A stretch of DNA of 62,999 nt from Pseudomonadales bacterium (GTDB lineage: Bacteria > Verrucomicrobiota > Verrucomicrobiia > Limisphaerales > UBA11358), in NCBI GenBank assembly GCA_035500235.1, contig DATJXK010000177.1, forward strand, positions 1-62,999, given 5' to 3'. The notes beneath the pieces are model-generated. The model had not been told where the DNA came from. It saw only the letters and a program-made list of their open reading frames with translations, and did no database searches. Position numbers and translations under genes: made by a program. Below, piece after piece: positions 37,306 to 45,769 of the stretch; positions within the stretch are counted from its first letter, which is position 1, and each line of letters begins with the position of its first letter.

Positions 37306-38367
37306 TCATTGGCTTGCATCAACGGCCTGGAGAATTTCATAGGAAGAAATGCAGTCCCAAGAATGAAAATTGGAGCCTGGTGGACTGGGATGCCGCCATT
37401 GGCACCAGGATAAATTATCCACGGAGCGCCTCATTTTCCACGCGGCCGCGGCATTGAGTTGCAGCCAGGGTTCATATGAACGCTGCAAATTATGGCTCTT
37501 GATGAACTTGGTCATCCAACGGCAAAATATAGCATTAAATCCTGAGTTGTTACCGGCGATGCCGTACTCGGGAAGAATTCCATTGGTCGTCAATCGTCTC
37601 ATGGTGAAATTTGCGGCCAGGATGGCGTCATTCGTTTGCTCGAGAAGATTTGCCTCGCCGATAAATGTGCCCTGATTGTAGGTGCTGGACCACCGGCTGA
37701 TTACACCGTTGGTTGCAATATTATCGTAAACGACGCCGGACTTCGGATTAAATAAAACGGCGCGTTCCCAGGAATAGATATTGCGAGCCTTGTCCAAATA
37801 ATTGGTATCGCCGCTCATTTGATAAAGAAGACAGGCGGCGATAGCTGCCGGCCCATTGACACAGGCATTTTTGGATGCGTTGGCGGTGGTCCAATATAAA
37901 CCGCCACCAAGCTGGCTGTCCCAGGCGCGGGCGTAACAGGCGTCAAAATTTTTCCTGGCTATAACGCAATAGTTACTTTCCCCGATGTCCTGACCGCCAC
38001 GCGCAAACGCGATGACGGCCCACATGATGTCATCATTATAAATATTCGAATCTCCCCATGCCGGCCCGTAGGTAGTCAGGAAGCCATTGAGTAAATGAGT
38101 GATTTGCATCCGGCAAACCGCGTTGGACTTCCATTCATATGCATCAATCACGCATTCAATCTCCTCCGCCCGCTCCCAAAAATGCGGGAGGCCACCCGCT
38201 TGGGTATCTTTGAAATATCCGTTCGTTCCCGCCTGATAATAAAACGCGGAATTAAAGGAAGTGAGAATCGTGTCGGAATCTTTGAGGGTGAAGGCATGCG
38301 CTGAAAATTCCACCATCAGTATGAGCAACGAAACGAATAAACAAACCAGGTATCTGTTTCGATGCAT
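37306..38367 (-). CDS. GH76 alpha-1,6-mannanase
   Basis: 353 aa with a signal peptide. Motifs: FWERAEEIECVIDAYE, YNDDIMWAVIAFARG and GGLYWTTANASKNACVNGPAAIAA. Confidence 0.85.
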   Translation of the reverse strand: MHRNRYLVCLFVSLLILMVEFSAHAFTLKDSDTILTSFNSAFYYQAGTNGYFKDTQAGGLPHFWERAEEIECVIDAYEWKSNAVCRMQITHLLNGFLTTYGPAWGDSNIYNDDIMWAVIAFARGGQDIGESNYCVIARKNFDACYARAWDSQLGGGLYWTTANASKNACVNGPAAIAACLLYQMSGDTNYLDKARNIYSWERAVLFNPKSGVVYDNIATNGVISRWSSTYNQGTFIGEANLLEQTNDAILAANFTMRRLTTNGILPEYGIAGNNSGFNAIFCRWMTKFIKSHNLQRSYEPWLQLNAAAAWKMRRSVDNLSWCQWRHPSPPGSNFHSWDCISSYEILQAVDASQ

Positions 38368-38385
38368 GCCGAGGTTACTTTATAG

Positions 38386-39801
38386 CTAACCCAACAAGGT
38401 GGGATTTTCGTTATAAACTTTGAGAACAAATTCACCGAACATGGTATTGGCCCAGGCAAACCATGAGCGGGTAAATTTTTGCGAATCATCTTTATCGAAT
38501 GATTCATGCATGAAGCCGGTGCCGGCGTGGGTATGTTGAAGCGTGTTCAGGCAATGCCGAATTTCAGCATCATCGGTACTGGTCATGCCTTGCATCATCA
38601 ACCCAAGTGGCCAGACCATATTGGGACCGCTGTGTGGGCCGCCGAGCCCCTCAGCCGCGCTGCCCTTGAAGTAATAGGGATTCTGCGGGGAGAGCGCCCA
38701 GTTCCGTGTATTTTGGTATAACGTTTCGTTGCGATTTAAGGCGCCCAGGTACGAAAGCGAAATGAGGTTCGGAACATTCGCATCGTCCATGCAATTAATT
38801 TTACCGTAACCATCCACTTCGAAAGCGTAGCCCGAGCCGCCCTGAGGCAATTTGACTACGGCATATTGCCTCAAGGCTGCTTCCACCTCCCGGGCCAAGG
38901 CGCGGCATTGTGCCGCAGAATCTTTATCCTCATGAATTTGATCCAGCATCTCCGCCGCCTGACGCAGGCTGACCACCGCAAAAAAATTGGAAGGCACTAA
39001 TAATGGATAGAGCGTGGCGTCGTCGCTGGGCCGAAACATGGAAAAAATCAAGCCCACCGGCCTGGCAGGATTGCCGTATCCATCCCCAGCCAGTGTATCG
39101 GACGGGGTATCGGTATGGCGCTGGAAATGATAGGGACCGTGGCCGTCTTTCCGTTGTTGTTCGCGAAACGTCTGCAACGTGAGTAACACGGCTTCCCGCC
39201 AGTGACTGTCAAAGGGCGAAGGATCTTGCGTGGCCTTCCAGTAACCATGCGCCAGCCGGATGGGATAACAAAGCGAATCCACTTCCCATTTCCGTTCATG
39301 GACTCCGGGTTTCATTTCCGTGGCATCGGTTTTCCACGGGCTGATTTTATTCGGGTCCTTGTAGAAAGCGTTCGCGTACGGATCCAATAAGATGCACCTC
39401 GTCTGACGGCGAATGACACCGGCAATCAATTGCTGCAATTGCGGGTCCTCCTTCATCAACGGCAGATAAGGCCAGACCTGGGCTGAGCTATCGCGCAACC
39501 ACATCGCGTCAATATCCCCGGTAATGACGTACGTGTCAGGCTTACCATCAACAATCTGGAAATCCACAGTCGTATCCAGGGTGTTGGGAAAACAATTCCC
39601 AAACATCCACGCCAGTTCTTTATTGCCAATGGAAGACTGGACGTGCTGGATAGTTTTTTCGACTGCAGCGCTTTTAAATTTTCGCTTTGGTTCTGGAACC
39701 CTGACGATGGGGAAGGCCGGTTGATCAGCAAAACTTACGCGGCCAAGAACCACGCCCGCTGTAATCAAAGACGTGCTTTGAATGAATTGTCTCCGGTTCA
39801 T
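38386..39801 (-). CDS. GH125 exo-alpha-1,6-mannosidase (DUF1237 family)
   Basis: 471 aa. Tat-like signal MNRRQFIQSTSLITAGVVLG. Signature motif ITGDIDAMWLRDSSAQVWPYLP. Confidence 0.88.
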   Translation of the reverse strand: MNRRQFIQSTSLITAGVVLGRVSFADQPAFPIVRVPEPKRKFKSAAVEKTIQHVQSSIGNKELAWMFGNCFPNTLDTTVDFQIVDGKPDTYVITGDIDAMWLRDSSAQVWPYLPLMKEDPQLQQLIAGVIRRQTRCILLDPYANAFYKDPNKISPWKTDATEMKPGVHERKWEVDSLCYPIRLAHGYWKATQDPSPFDSHWREAVLLTLQTFREQQRKDGHGPYHFQRHTDTPSDTLAGDGYGNPARPVGLIFSMFRPSDDATLYPLLVPSNFFAVVSLRQAAEMLDQIHEDKDSAAQCRALAREVEAALRQYAVVKLPQGGSGYAFEVDGYGKINCMDDANVPNLISLSYLGALNRNETLYQNTRNWALSPQNPYYFKGSAAEGLGGPHSGPNMVWPLGLMMQGMTSTDDAEIRHCLNTLQHTHAGTGFMHESFDKDDSQKFTRSWFAWANTMFGEFVLKVYNENPTLLG

Positions 39802-39819
39802 AGCATTCCTGCCTGAAAA

Positions 39820-40995
39820 TCATTCCGTGCTAAACTGGTAAAGGATGGTGTTGTGATAAGTCTCGCCGGGGTGCAAAACGGTGGAAGGAAAATTATCATG
39901 ATTCGGCGAATCAGGATAATGCTGGGGTTCCATGACAAAGGCGCCGCGATGCGGGTAGGACTGGCCGTTTTTGCCGATAATGGTGCCGTCCAAGAAATTG
40001 CCGGAATAAAACTGCAGCCCGGGTTCAGTGGACCAAATTTCAAAAACGCGGCCGGTCGCGGGATCTGTCACCCGGGCATCCAGCGCGAGATCGCCCATCT
40101 TATGGTTGACCACCCAATTGTGATCATAACCGCCGCCATATTTTAACTGTTCATTATCGTCACTGATGCGCGCGCCAATCGCCGTCGGTGTGCGGAAATC
40201 AAACGGCGTCCCGGTAACGGGGGCCAGTTCGCCGGTGGGAATGAGCGTGCCGTCCACTGGCGTGTAGGCATCGGCATCAATATAAACAATATGGCTCAGA
40301 ACATCGCCCTCCCCTGCCAGGTTAAAATAAGAATGCGCGGTCAGATTGATAATGGTGTCTTTGTCGGTCGTCGCCTTGAATGACAGGCTCAACGCATCCT
40401 TTTCAGAAAACAAAGTATAGGTCGCGGTTACCTGTAAATTCCCGGGGTAACCTTCTTCACCATCTTTGCTAAGATAACTTAACTGCAATTCCGGTCCTTT
40501 GGGGCCGACTTCCGCTTTGACAACTTTCCAAACAACTTTATCAAACCCTTTGATGCCGCCATGCAATGAATTGGGCACGTTGTTCGTGGCCAGCGTATAT
40601 TCCCCGCCGTCCAGGGTAAAATGCCCCTTGGCAATGCGGTTGCCATAACGGCCAATCAGCGCGCCAAAATAGGGGCTGTTCGTCAGGTAACCATCCAATG
40701 TGTCATAGCCAAGAACCACATCACCCAATTGCCCCTTCTTGTCCGGTACTTTGAGCGACTGGATAATTCCGCCGTACGTCATGATTCGCACTTCCATGCC
40801 GCTGGCGTTACGCAACGTGTAAATCTCTACCGGCGTGCCATCAGGCGTTGTCCCGAACGGCTCATTGGTAATTCCAGCCACACCGGAGGAATCCACCGGC
40901 GATTTGGTTGAACAACCAGTCATAACTATTGCTGTTGCCAGCATAGCCAGCGTAGGAATTTTGCCGAGTAATGATTTCATAGTTAGAGCCTTCAT
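39820..40995 (-). CDS. galM: Aldose 1-epimerase (mutarotase), lipoprotein-type signal
   Basis: ATG at 40995 (MKALTMKSLLGKIPTLAMLATAIVMTGCS). The track start at 41073 overlaps the upstream gene. Motifs: NSLHGGIKGFDKVVW, NLTAHSYFNL and MEPQHYPDSPNH. Confidence 0.88.
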   Translation of the reverse strand: MKALTMKSLLGKIPTLAMLATAIVMTGCSTKSPVDSSGVAGITNEPFGTTPDGTPVEIYTLRNASGMEVRIMTYGGIIQSLKVPDKKGQLGDVVLGYDTLDGYLTNSPYFGALIGRYGNRIAKGHFTLDGGEYTLATNNVPNSLHGGIKGFDKVVWKVVKAEVGPKGPELQLSYLSKDGEEGYPGNLQVTATYTLFSEKDALSLSFKATTDKDTIINLTAHSYFNLAGEGDVLSHIVYIDADAYTPVDGTLIPTGELAPVTGTPFDFRTPTAIGARISDDNEQLKYGGGYDHNWVVNHKMGDLALDARVTDPATGRVFEIWSTEPGLQFYSGNFLDGTIIGKNGQSYPHRGAFVMEPQHYPDSPNHDNFPSTVLHPGETYHNTILYQFSTE

Positions 40996-41029
40996 TTTGT
41001 TGCTTGGTTTTGGGTCAAAATTTTCCGGG

Positions 41030-43204
41030 TTAAAGCACGACCGACAGTGTTTGGGGTTGCGCAATGTTTTCAAATCGAATCCAAAGCAGCTTATCTTTGG
41101 GAGAATAAGTAAAATCTTCCAGTTTTTTCCCGTCCAAAGTCACGGCTTGCGGAGCCGCAGACAATCTCAACAGTACAATTCCAGGCGTTTCGCCAACGCC
41201 ATTAACCGTGAAAGTGATTTGATGAGGGGTTTGTTCCTTTACCAGCGTCCGGCAGGCGGAGGCCAGGAACGGTGTGGGATTATTCGTCACGGCATCCAGG
41301 TCGAGCAAAAATTCGCGAGTGCCCGGAGTAATGGAAACTTTTGTCAGCACGCACAATTCCGGGTCAAAAAGATCCACGTAATGCCCGGTCAGAACGCGGG
41401 GGTCGCCACCGATGGATTCATCCAATCCCGAAGCAATAACGTAAGGCCCACGACGAAGTAAAAGGTAGTTGGTCTCGCGCCACGGCAGGCCGATTTTGTC
41501 TGCCGCGGAATGGGCGGTATTCACAATCCGGTCGGCGCCATCCTTACTCAAGGAAAAATCAACGGGGCGGTCCTTCAACCAGATAAGGCCGCCTTTACCG
41601 ATGCGATTAAATGTTTCCGGAGCGATGGAATTATCCAGTCCAAGCAATCCAAAAAGATGCTCACGGGGCGTGGCATAATGATTGCCATTGCTGTTCCACC
41701 ATTCGTGAACGTTCAGATAAGGGTCGGCATCATTGTCACAAAAAACCAGCACGCCGCCCTGCTTCACCCAATCCACCAATGGCGGGTGAACTTCCGGTGA
41801 CAATGGCTTTTGGCCGTCGTAGCTCAAAAAAAGAACATGAAATCCATCGAGATAATGTGGAATGGTCACATTTTCGAGTTGGACAGGAGTAGCCGAAATA
41901 CCGTGCATGACCAGGGGCATCGCCAGGCCGTAAACATTGCCTAAGTACGGGTCACTGGGTGTCGGCTCACCACGTTGAAACATCAGTGAATCGCTGACCA
42001 AAACTCCGATGCCGGTCGTGCCACAATCCCACGCAACATGAGGTTGCTTCATGTCGTTCAGTGTATTGAAGACAGTTTGTAATTCTGTGGCGTACGCCGG
42101 TGGAATGGGATTCCGTTCTTCAGGCGGAGCCGAGCGCGGATATCGTCCGCCGAAAACGCGCTCGGGCCAAGGAGCCACTTCGAACCGCGACACGTCCGGC
42201 TGAAACAGGGAAGCGGTCAGAGTGGATTCCCAATTCCTGCGGTAATCTGCCCAATCGTAATTCGGATTATCTTCAATCGGATCATTTAAATACCAGACGG
42301 AACGGCCCGTGGAGCGAACCAAATTTTGCATGGCGCCATATTCTAAGAAGGCCGTTTCAAATGTTCGTGAATGCACTTCGCCCTGATAACGATTCGGCTC
42401 GCGCGAGGTGCCGGTCCAAACCTGGGCAATATAACCGTTGCAACCATTGAGCAGAGCCAAACTGGATTCGGGACTTACGATGCACCACTGGGCGTAGTTC
42501 AGCAGACTATGCGTCGGCACAAAGCATTGGACATCGCGTCCGGTCTGCCGATTGTAATCCTGCACAAAGTCGAAGACCTGCTGCAACGCCCGGCGATAGA
42601 GAAAATATTTTAACTTACCGGTGCGCCAGCGGGCATCCACTGAACTATGCGGCGGCGCCCAGTCATCGCCATAATAATTATGCCATTCGCGTTTGAAACC
42701 ATCCTCGTAGCCAGCCCGATCCCAAAATTCCGGTTCTTCCAAATAAATCGCTTCCGCACCAGAGTCCAGAGCGCGCTTAACTCCGACGCAAAGAAATTTC
42801 CCGTAGTTTATCCCGGGGCACATATAATATACGTCGCCGCCGTGACCAATTTTATTGCCATTGCGGTCCGTTTGCGCTTCGTCCTCATGATTGGTCCCGT
42901 CAAAGCGGCCATACAGATAATCCTGGTATTCGCCCCACGCCACCCCGGTCATCACCTGAATATGGTAGCCGTGATCCCGCCACGTTTCGATACGTACGGG
43001 CAAATTGGTATCGATGCCATAAACAATCGAGACATCCGAAGCCAAATTACCCTGCGGGGTCCACGGCTTGCCGGTTTGAAAACAGGTGTTTTCGACGGGC
43101 TGGTTTGTACCCGCAGAAGAAGGCACGGGATCTTCAGCGCAAACCCGAAGAGTCAAAGCGAGCAAAAGGGTTACGCAGATAGATTTGTTTGGGATAGATA
43201 ACAT
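41030..43204 (-). CDS. Secreted protein of unknown family, possible TIM-barrel glycoside-hydrolase-like enzyme
   Basis: 724 aa with a signal peptide (ICVTLLLALTLRVCA). I recognise no family signature. Features compatible with a (beta/alpha)8 glycosidase: AIYLEEPEFW and NGYIAQVWTG. The C-terminal part (VLVFCDNDADPY) resembles the amidotransferase-like domain of GH42-type enzymes. It sits inside the mannan operon. Confidence 0.4.
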   Translation of the reverse strand: MLSIPNKSICVTLLLALTLRVCAEDPVPSSAGTNQPVENTCFQTGKPWTPQGNLASDVSIVYGIDTNLPVRIETWRDHGYHIQVMTGVAWGEYQDYLYGRFDGTNHEDEAQTDRNGNKIGHGGDVYYMCPGINYGKFLCVGVKRALDSGAEAIYLEEPEFWDRAGYEDGFKREWHNYYGDDWAPPHSSVDARWRTGKLKYFLYRRALQQVFDFVQDYNRQTGRDVQCFVPTHSLLNYAQWCIVSPESSLALLNGCNGYIAQVWTGTSREPNRYQGEVHSRTFETAFLEYGAMQNLVRSTGRSVWYLNDPIEDNPNYDWADYRRNWESTLTASLFQPDVSRFEVAPWPERVFGGRYPRSAPPEERNPIPPAYATELQTVFNTLNDMKQPHVAWDCGTTGIGVLVSDSLMFQRGEPTPSDPYLGNVYGLAMPLVMHGISATPVQLENVTIPHYLDGFHVLFLSYDGQKPLSPEVHPPLVDWVKQGGVLVFCDNDADPYLNVHEWWNSNGNHYATPREHLFGLLGLDNSIAPETFNRIGKGGLIWLKDRPVDFSLSKDGADRIVNTAHSAADKIGLPWRETNYLLLRRGPYVIASGLDESIGGDPRVLTGHYVDLFDPELCVLTKVSITPGTREFLLDLDAVTNNPTPFLASACRTLVKEQTPHQITFTVNGVGETPGIVLLRLSAAPQAVTLDGKKLEDFTYSPKDKLLWIRFENIAQPQTLSVVL

Positions 43205-43208
43205 TCGC

Positions 43209-45764
43209 TTAATTGGCGTTGGCGTCGGTTTCGTCCGCCATCAGGTTTGAATAGCTCGAAATAGACTGGTCGCGATCGGTACAGAAATCGCGCACGCCAA
43301 TCATGCCCCCGGAAAAATGATCGTCAGAAACATCAATCGCCGGCTGGCTGGCACCATCGACAAAAACTTTAAGGTGCGATCCGACCGCGACAATTTTCAG
43401 GTGATAAAATTTATTCGCAGTAATCGGCATCGGGACGTTACTGATTTCGTGCCAGCCGTTGTCGGTATACCCAAACTCCAATTGCGCGCTTTGGGCGTTG
43501 ATACCGACATAATAACCACAATAAGCGTCCGCACCGATGTCCGGTTTGCTGACGCGAAAAATTAGGCCGGCGTTGCCTTGCGGCCCTACCAGGACATTGC
43601 CTTCGTAAGTAAAATTAGTGAACGTAGCTGCCCCCATGGCAATAGCCTTCGGACCGTTGGACGAGCCGGGCACAGTACTCAAAACGCCGTTACGCACCGA
43701 CCAATTTCCGCCAAAGGTCGTCCAGCGCGAACACCATGCCGGGTCAAAATTCTCAGTGAAGGCGCCCAGTGAAGGGGAAATTCCCAAATAGGGAAACCAA
43801 CTCAGGCGCATATGTTGAGAACCAAACGGCACGAGCGTAACGCTCTCCAAAGGATTCGTCGAAGCGACCGGGCTAAGAGGCGGCTCGAAGGCATGCGTGC
43901 CGCGCCAGCCAATCGTCCAATCGGGCAACTGTCGCGCCCGGGCCAGCAATCCAACCGAAGGCTGCGCAGGGTCGAACGGGTTTGATGGCATCGTGGCGAA
44001 ATTTGTGAATGTTAAGTCGGCGGCCGGGTCATCGGGGTTCAATTGCAGGGCATAGTCCCAGGGCGTCGTGGAATGCACTTCAAATTCGTCGAAGCCCAAG
44101 CCATGCGGGTCGGGTGTGCGCACCGTCCATTTTTCACCGATGCGCAACGAATAGACGAGCGGCCCGCGATTGATCGCCACAGACCGGCTTGGCCCCACAA
44201 ACGTTTGAATGGGCATCGGCAAATCTATGATGACCGAATCGCCATCGGCCCACTTGCGCTTAACCCGAAAGAATGACCCGGCGGAAACGCCCGACTGCGC
44301 TGCACCGTTAATAGAAATGGTTGCATTGCTGCACCATCCCGGGATGCGGAGTACGAGCGGAAATATCACGGGCTGGCTAACTGAGATATGCAATCGTACG
44401 TGCTGTTCAAATGGGTAATCCGTGTCTTCGGTAATTTGCACCTGGCTCCCCCCTGCCGTGGCGTTCACAACCACAGGACCATAAGCCATCAGTCCCAATC
44501 CTCCATCCATGGTGGCTGCCCAGGAATTTTGGATAAATTTTGGCCAACCCATATGGAAGTTATAGCGGCAGCAGGGATAACCGGAATAGGGACCCGGAAG
44601 TGTGCCGTTGGCATAATCTTCTTCGAACCCATGACCGCCATAAATGGCGATGACATTATTGGGCACCGTATAATATTGGATCCCCTTAATATTATTCGCC
44701 AGGGCTGCGGGCAACGCATTAAAGGCAATGGTTTCCAAACGGTCCGCCAACAAGGCATCTCCGGTGATGCGCACAGAAGTTTCCAGGCTAAGCATGGCTT
44801 CCACGATAGCGCATAATTCCACGCCCTGGATGCTGGCATCGCCTGAAATCATTTCCGTGCCGCTGTTAATGCCAAAAGAGAGCGCATTCTCGCGCATGAG
44901 ATTATCAATGCCAAGAGAGACAGACTTTTCATCGCCGGCCTGTTCCGAAAGCTGGTAGAAAACGGCCGGCATTTTAAGCGCCTCTTCAATATTAACATTG
45001 TGCTTGGGCTGAAAATCCTTGCCGTAAAAAACGAAGTTGTTGCTCGTAAAAATGTCAGGCCAATTATAAGCCTGCTGATGCAACAACTGAACGAGGGTGA
45101 GTAGGTTCGTATCACCGTTCCGATTATACAGCCAGAGCGCTACGTCCATTTCATCGCCAGCACGCGCCTTGGCCCAATCATTCAACGGGTGCGATGGAAG
45201 GTTGCTGAGCATATAGTGAAAATAATTGCCCAACACTACCGGCACGCGCTTGTCTCCAGTGGCTTCGTAATAATCCCTTAACGCGTAGGTGGCAATCATG
45301 CGCGGCCACCAATCATCGTTTGAATCCGGGCCGATGTAGCCATCCACGCGTTGATGGTCCAGCAGCCAGTCCATCCACTTCTGGGCTTTCTGCTTCAGCC
45401 CTTCATCGTTCAACGTATACGCCAGCGCTATCAGCCCTTTATAATAATATGGTCCGCGTTCCCAATTCTCCCCGGTGCCTCCAAGCCAGGCGCTATTTGT
45501 CCCAAGGTCATTGGCGTAGAGCATCTCCGCATTGCCGGTCAGGCCATCGCGCTGCAATTCGCATTGTTTGAGAAGCCAGCCACGCGGACGAACACTGCCC
45601 AAAGGAAGGGCCACAAAGGGGGTTGCCAAAAGCGGCTGGCGATTGGTGACAATATCCGTGGGCGGAAGGTTGGTGGCGGACGGAACTTCAGGCAAAGCAG
45701 CCTGCAAACTCCAAACCTGCGTGGCCAAAATCGCCGAAGCAATAACCTTGATGGTTTCTCTCAC
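43209..45764 (-). CDS. DUF1680 (GH127/GH146-like beta-L-arabinofuranosidase family) fused to a C-terminal DUF1080/LamG-like domain
   Basis: DUF1680-type motifs: WERGPYYYKG and YSGYPCCRYNFHMGWPKF. Tail: FGGNWSVRNGVL..GLIFRVS..FYHLKIVAVGSHLKVFVDG. The track start at 45842 is TTG and overlaps the upstream gene by 73 nt. A GTG at 45764, 5 nt after the upstream stop, gives (M)RETIKVIASAILATQVWSLQA. The start is therefore uncertain. Confidence 0.8.
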   Translation of the reverse strand: MRETIKVIASAILATQVWSLQAALPEVPSATNLPPTDIVTNRQPLLATPFVALPLGSVRPRGWLLKQCELQRDGLTGNAEMLYANDLGTNSAWLGGTGENWERGPYYYKGLIALAYTLNDEGLKQKAQKWMDWLLDHQRVDGYIGPDSNDDWWPRMIATYALRDYYEATGDKRVPVVLGNYFHYMLSNLPSHPLNDWAKARAGDEMDVALWLYNRNGDTNLLTLVQLLHQQAYNWPDIFTSNNFVFYGKDFQPKHNVNIEEALKMPAVFYQLSEQAGDEKSVSLGIDNLMRENALSFGINSGTEMISGDASIQGVELCAIVEAMLSLETSVRITGDALLADRLETIAFNALPAALANNIKGIQYYTVPNNVIAIYGGHGFEEDYANGTLPGPYSGYPCCRYNFHMGWPKFIQNSWAATMDGGLGLMAYGPVVVNATAGGSQVQITEDTDYPFEQHVRLHISVSQPVIFPLVLRIPGWCSNATISINGAAQSGVSAGSFFRVKRKWADGDSVIIDLPMPIQTFVGPSRSVAINRGPLVYSLRIGEKWTVRTPDPHGLGFDEFEVHSTTPWDYALQLNPDDPAADLTFTNFATMPSNPFDPAQPSVGLLARARQLPDWTIGWRGTHAFEPPLSPVASTNPLESVTLVPFGSQHMRLSWFPYLGISPSLGAFTENFDPAWCSRWTTFGGNWSVRNGVLSTVPGSSNGPKAIAMGAATFTNFTYEGNVLVGPQGNAGLIFRVSKPDIGADAYCGYYVGINAQSAQLEFGYTDNGWHEISNVPMPITANKFYHLKIVAVGSHLKVFVDGASQPAIDVSDDHFSGGMIGVRDFCTDRDQSISSYSNLMADETDANAN

Positions 45765-45769
45765 GCAGG

